Source of the DNA: an uncultured virus (IMG/VR IMGVR_UViG_2061766007_004178)
Taxonomy: Duplodnaviria; Heunggongvirae; Uroviricota; Caudoviricetes
IMG/VR virus record: IMGVR_UViG_2061766007_004178
Length of the DNA stretch: 64,000 nt
Direction: 5' to 3' (one strand)
Every line of letters starts with the position of its first letter. Positions within the stretch are counted from its first letter, which is position 1. Shown one piece after another: positions 62,107 to 64,000 of the stretch. The notes below the pieces were generated by a model that saw nothing but the letters and a program-made list of their open reading frames with translations, was not told the DNA's origin and did no database searches. The position numbers and the translations under genes were made by a program.

Positions 62107-64000
62107 TTAATTCAGTTTGATTCTGCCGCAGATATTCTGGTATCTCGGAGGTATGCCGCCGTTGGCGATCGTCCTGCTCCAATTGCCGAATTCGTATCTG
62201 CCGCTGGTCTGCTGGACCCATTCGACCCAGCTTGCCCTTCTGAGCGCGTCTACGATCCTCATGGCGTCGTTCGAGCTTATGTTATAGAACTCGAATACGC
62301 CGTTCGAGCGCAGGATAGGCTGCGCGCCCGCCAATCTGGCGAGCTTCGTCAGATATTCGCGCCTCTCCGGCTCAGTGAGCTCGAAGGCTTCGAGAAGCGA
62401 TTCCTGCAGCAATTCGCCGATGGTTTTCTGCGCGTCGGCGTCTTGGATGACCATGACCGGGAAATCGATGTCCCAGCCGAACATCTCGCCTAACGCGTAC
62501 ATCCTATGCCTGCCCTCGATGCCACCGATGTCCTCGATCGAGCTGAAGCTCACGTATGGGAGCGGAAGCTTTTTGTTGAACTTGAGTATGACGTCTTTGA
62601 TATGGGCTATCTGCCTTTCGTCTTTCGATATGAAATCGATTATCTCGTCAGGCGACGTATCCTGGGCTTTGCCACAGAGCTCGAAATACTGGGTCGGCGT
62701 GATCTGGGCGATCGTGTACATCGCGCTTCTGTAGCGGCCGTCGTCGCTGCCGTCGAGCAGGTCTTGCGTCTGAAGCGTGCTGGCTTTGCGCGTGTCTATG
62801 ACGTCTTGGCCATTCGCCTCTTCGGTTCCGTAATCCTTGAACTCATGGTCGTCGTCAAGATACTTGATGCCTTCCTCTAATGACAGCTTTTTGCTGGCGA
62901 TTTTCAGCTTGAGGTCTTTCAGTTTGTCGAGCAGACCGGCGTTCCTGACTTCCTTGAAGATGAGGTTTTCGGTAGAGAATTCGCTGCCGGTGGCGCTGTG
63001 CAGGCCTTGCTGCCTCAGCTCATACAATCTGTTTATGTAGTCGTCTATCTCTTCGTCTCCGTCGGCGATGTTGTCGCTCGCGGATTTCACGAGCGCTTTC
63101 GCCTCTTCTATCCAAGGCGCGGCTGCTTTGTCGATGGCTTTCTGGTCGATATCGGGGACATAGCTTTCAGTCGGCTCTTTTATCCACCTGTCGTACATGA
63201 TGGAATAGACGCCGTTGCTGATGAGGTTGCTGTTGTCGGCCATTTCGATATAGGTCTCGACGGGGATGCCGTAGAAGGAGATGTCGTATCTGCTTTCGAA
63301 TATCCTGCGGTACGCGTTATATAATTTCTGGTACAGCTCGGATTGTTCTATGCCTTCTGGCGTCTCTGCCACGAGATGCACGTCGAGGTCGCTGTCTTTC
63401 GTGTAATTGTAGCTGGCGTTCGAGCCTGCCAAAATGACGTCTCTGATTTTCAGGCGGACGCCGTCTTCGAAGAGCATTTTGATGTATTCGTTGGCGATAT
63501 CCTGCACTTTCTGCCTGACTTCAGGCTTAAGCTCGTCGCCGTCGAATATCTTCTGGTTTAGTTCGTTGTGTTTCTCGATTGCTTCGTTCATATCGCTTCC
63601 CTCTAGGCTTTCGGCGTAATGCTTGCTTTTGTTATGCAGATAAGCTCCGCCGCATGTCGTATAGACTTTACGCGTGTTTTTCAGGTCCCTTATCTCTGGC
63701 TCTGGGTCGCCATAATGCCAGTCAGGGTCGTTTTTGATTTTGATCGGCTCATCGGTGATGGTATAGCTCCAATCACTGAGGTTCGGCGTTCTCGTCTGCG
63801 CACGCCCGCTCATGAAATTGGCTGCGAAATTGAATGCCTTGCTTCTATCGTCGAACAATGGCGTATCGTATCAGCTGTGCCCGCCGGCGGTTNNNNNNNN
63901 NNNNNNNNNNNNNNNNNNNNNNNNGCGATTTTTGCCGATGAGAATATGGCGTCTGATGCCGTCTGGTCTATAAGCTACTATTCGGTAAAACTGATCGGTC
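62107..64000 (-). CDS. multidomain protein with Pol-beta-type nucleotidyltransferase and ParB/Srx-like domains (5' end outside window)
   Basis: ILAGSNASYNYTKDSDLDVH (GS...DxD), IEGRHRMYAL; frame continues upstream through TGA at 63871 (GGHS-W-YDTPLF). Confidence 0.75.

Noticed and set aside
62900..62960. Additional sense-codon reassignment (e.g. AGG)
   Set aside because: AGG occurs where Arg fits (FKEVRN in the nucleotidyltransferase). There is no evidence by eye, although only a Codetta-type analysis could exclude it.
35..63619. Numerous plus-strand ORFs in the track (e.g. 54737-55627, 35729-36469, 28032-28802)
   Set aside because: They are antisense shadows of well-supported minus-strand genes, with no RBS, motifs or plus-strand promoters that I could see.
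1..64000. CRISPR array, integrase/att sites, IS elements, rRNA, lysis cassette
   Set aside because: I saw no regularly spaced direct repeats or recognisable motifs for these in the readable sequence.

Overview
This 64 kb window comes from a large, probably lytic, contractile-tailed phage with T4-like head and tail modules. Essentially all genes are on the minus strand. Bases ~17.8-64 kb hold the virion morphogenesis region: terminase, portal, prohead protease-scaffold, major capsid protein, neck, sheath, tube, tape measure, baseplate, fibres and large acidic head-associated proteins. Bases 1-17.7 kb hold small early/accessory genes. The phage appears to read TGA as Trp: I count 26 in-frame TGA codons that rejoin broken ORFs, several in Trp-typical contexts, while genes end in TAA/TAG. 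Many ORF-track breaks are therefore artefacts of code 11 or of N gaps. Highlights: (1) a complete four-enzyme deamidating NAD+ salvage route (pncA, pncB, nadM-like, nadE), a candidate anti-defence NAD reconstitution pathway distinct from NARP1/NARP2; (2) modular proteins punctuated by L-x-E motifs resembling prohead-protease sites, which look like head-packaged cargo polyproteins; (3) a tandem array of about 8 diverged paralogues; (4) two candidate structured ncRNAs with their own promoters; (5) a catalytically dead prohead-protease paralogue; (6) a GT8 glycosyltransferase beside the capsid gene; (7) two distinct promoter classes. All functional calls come from motif recognition by eye, not database searches.
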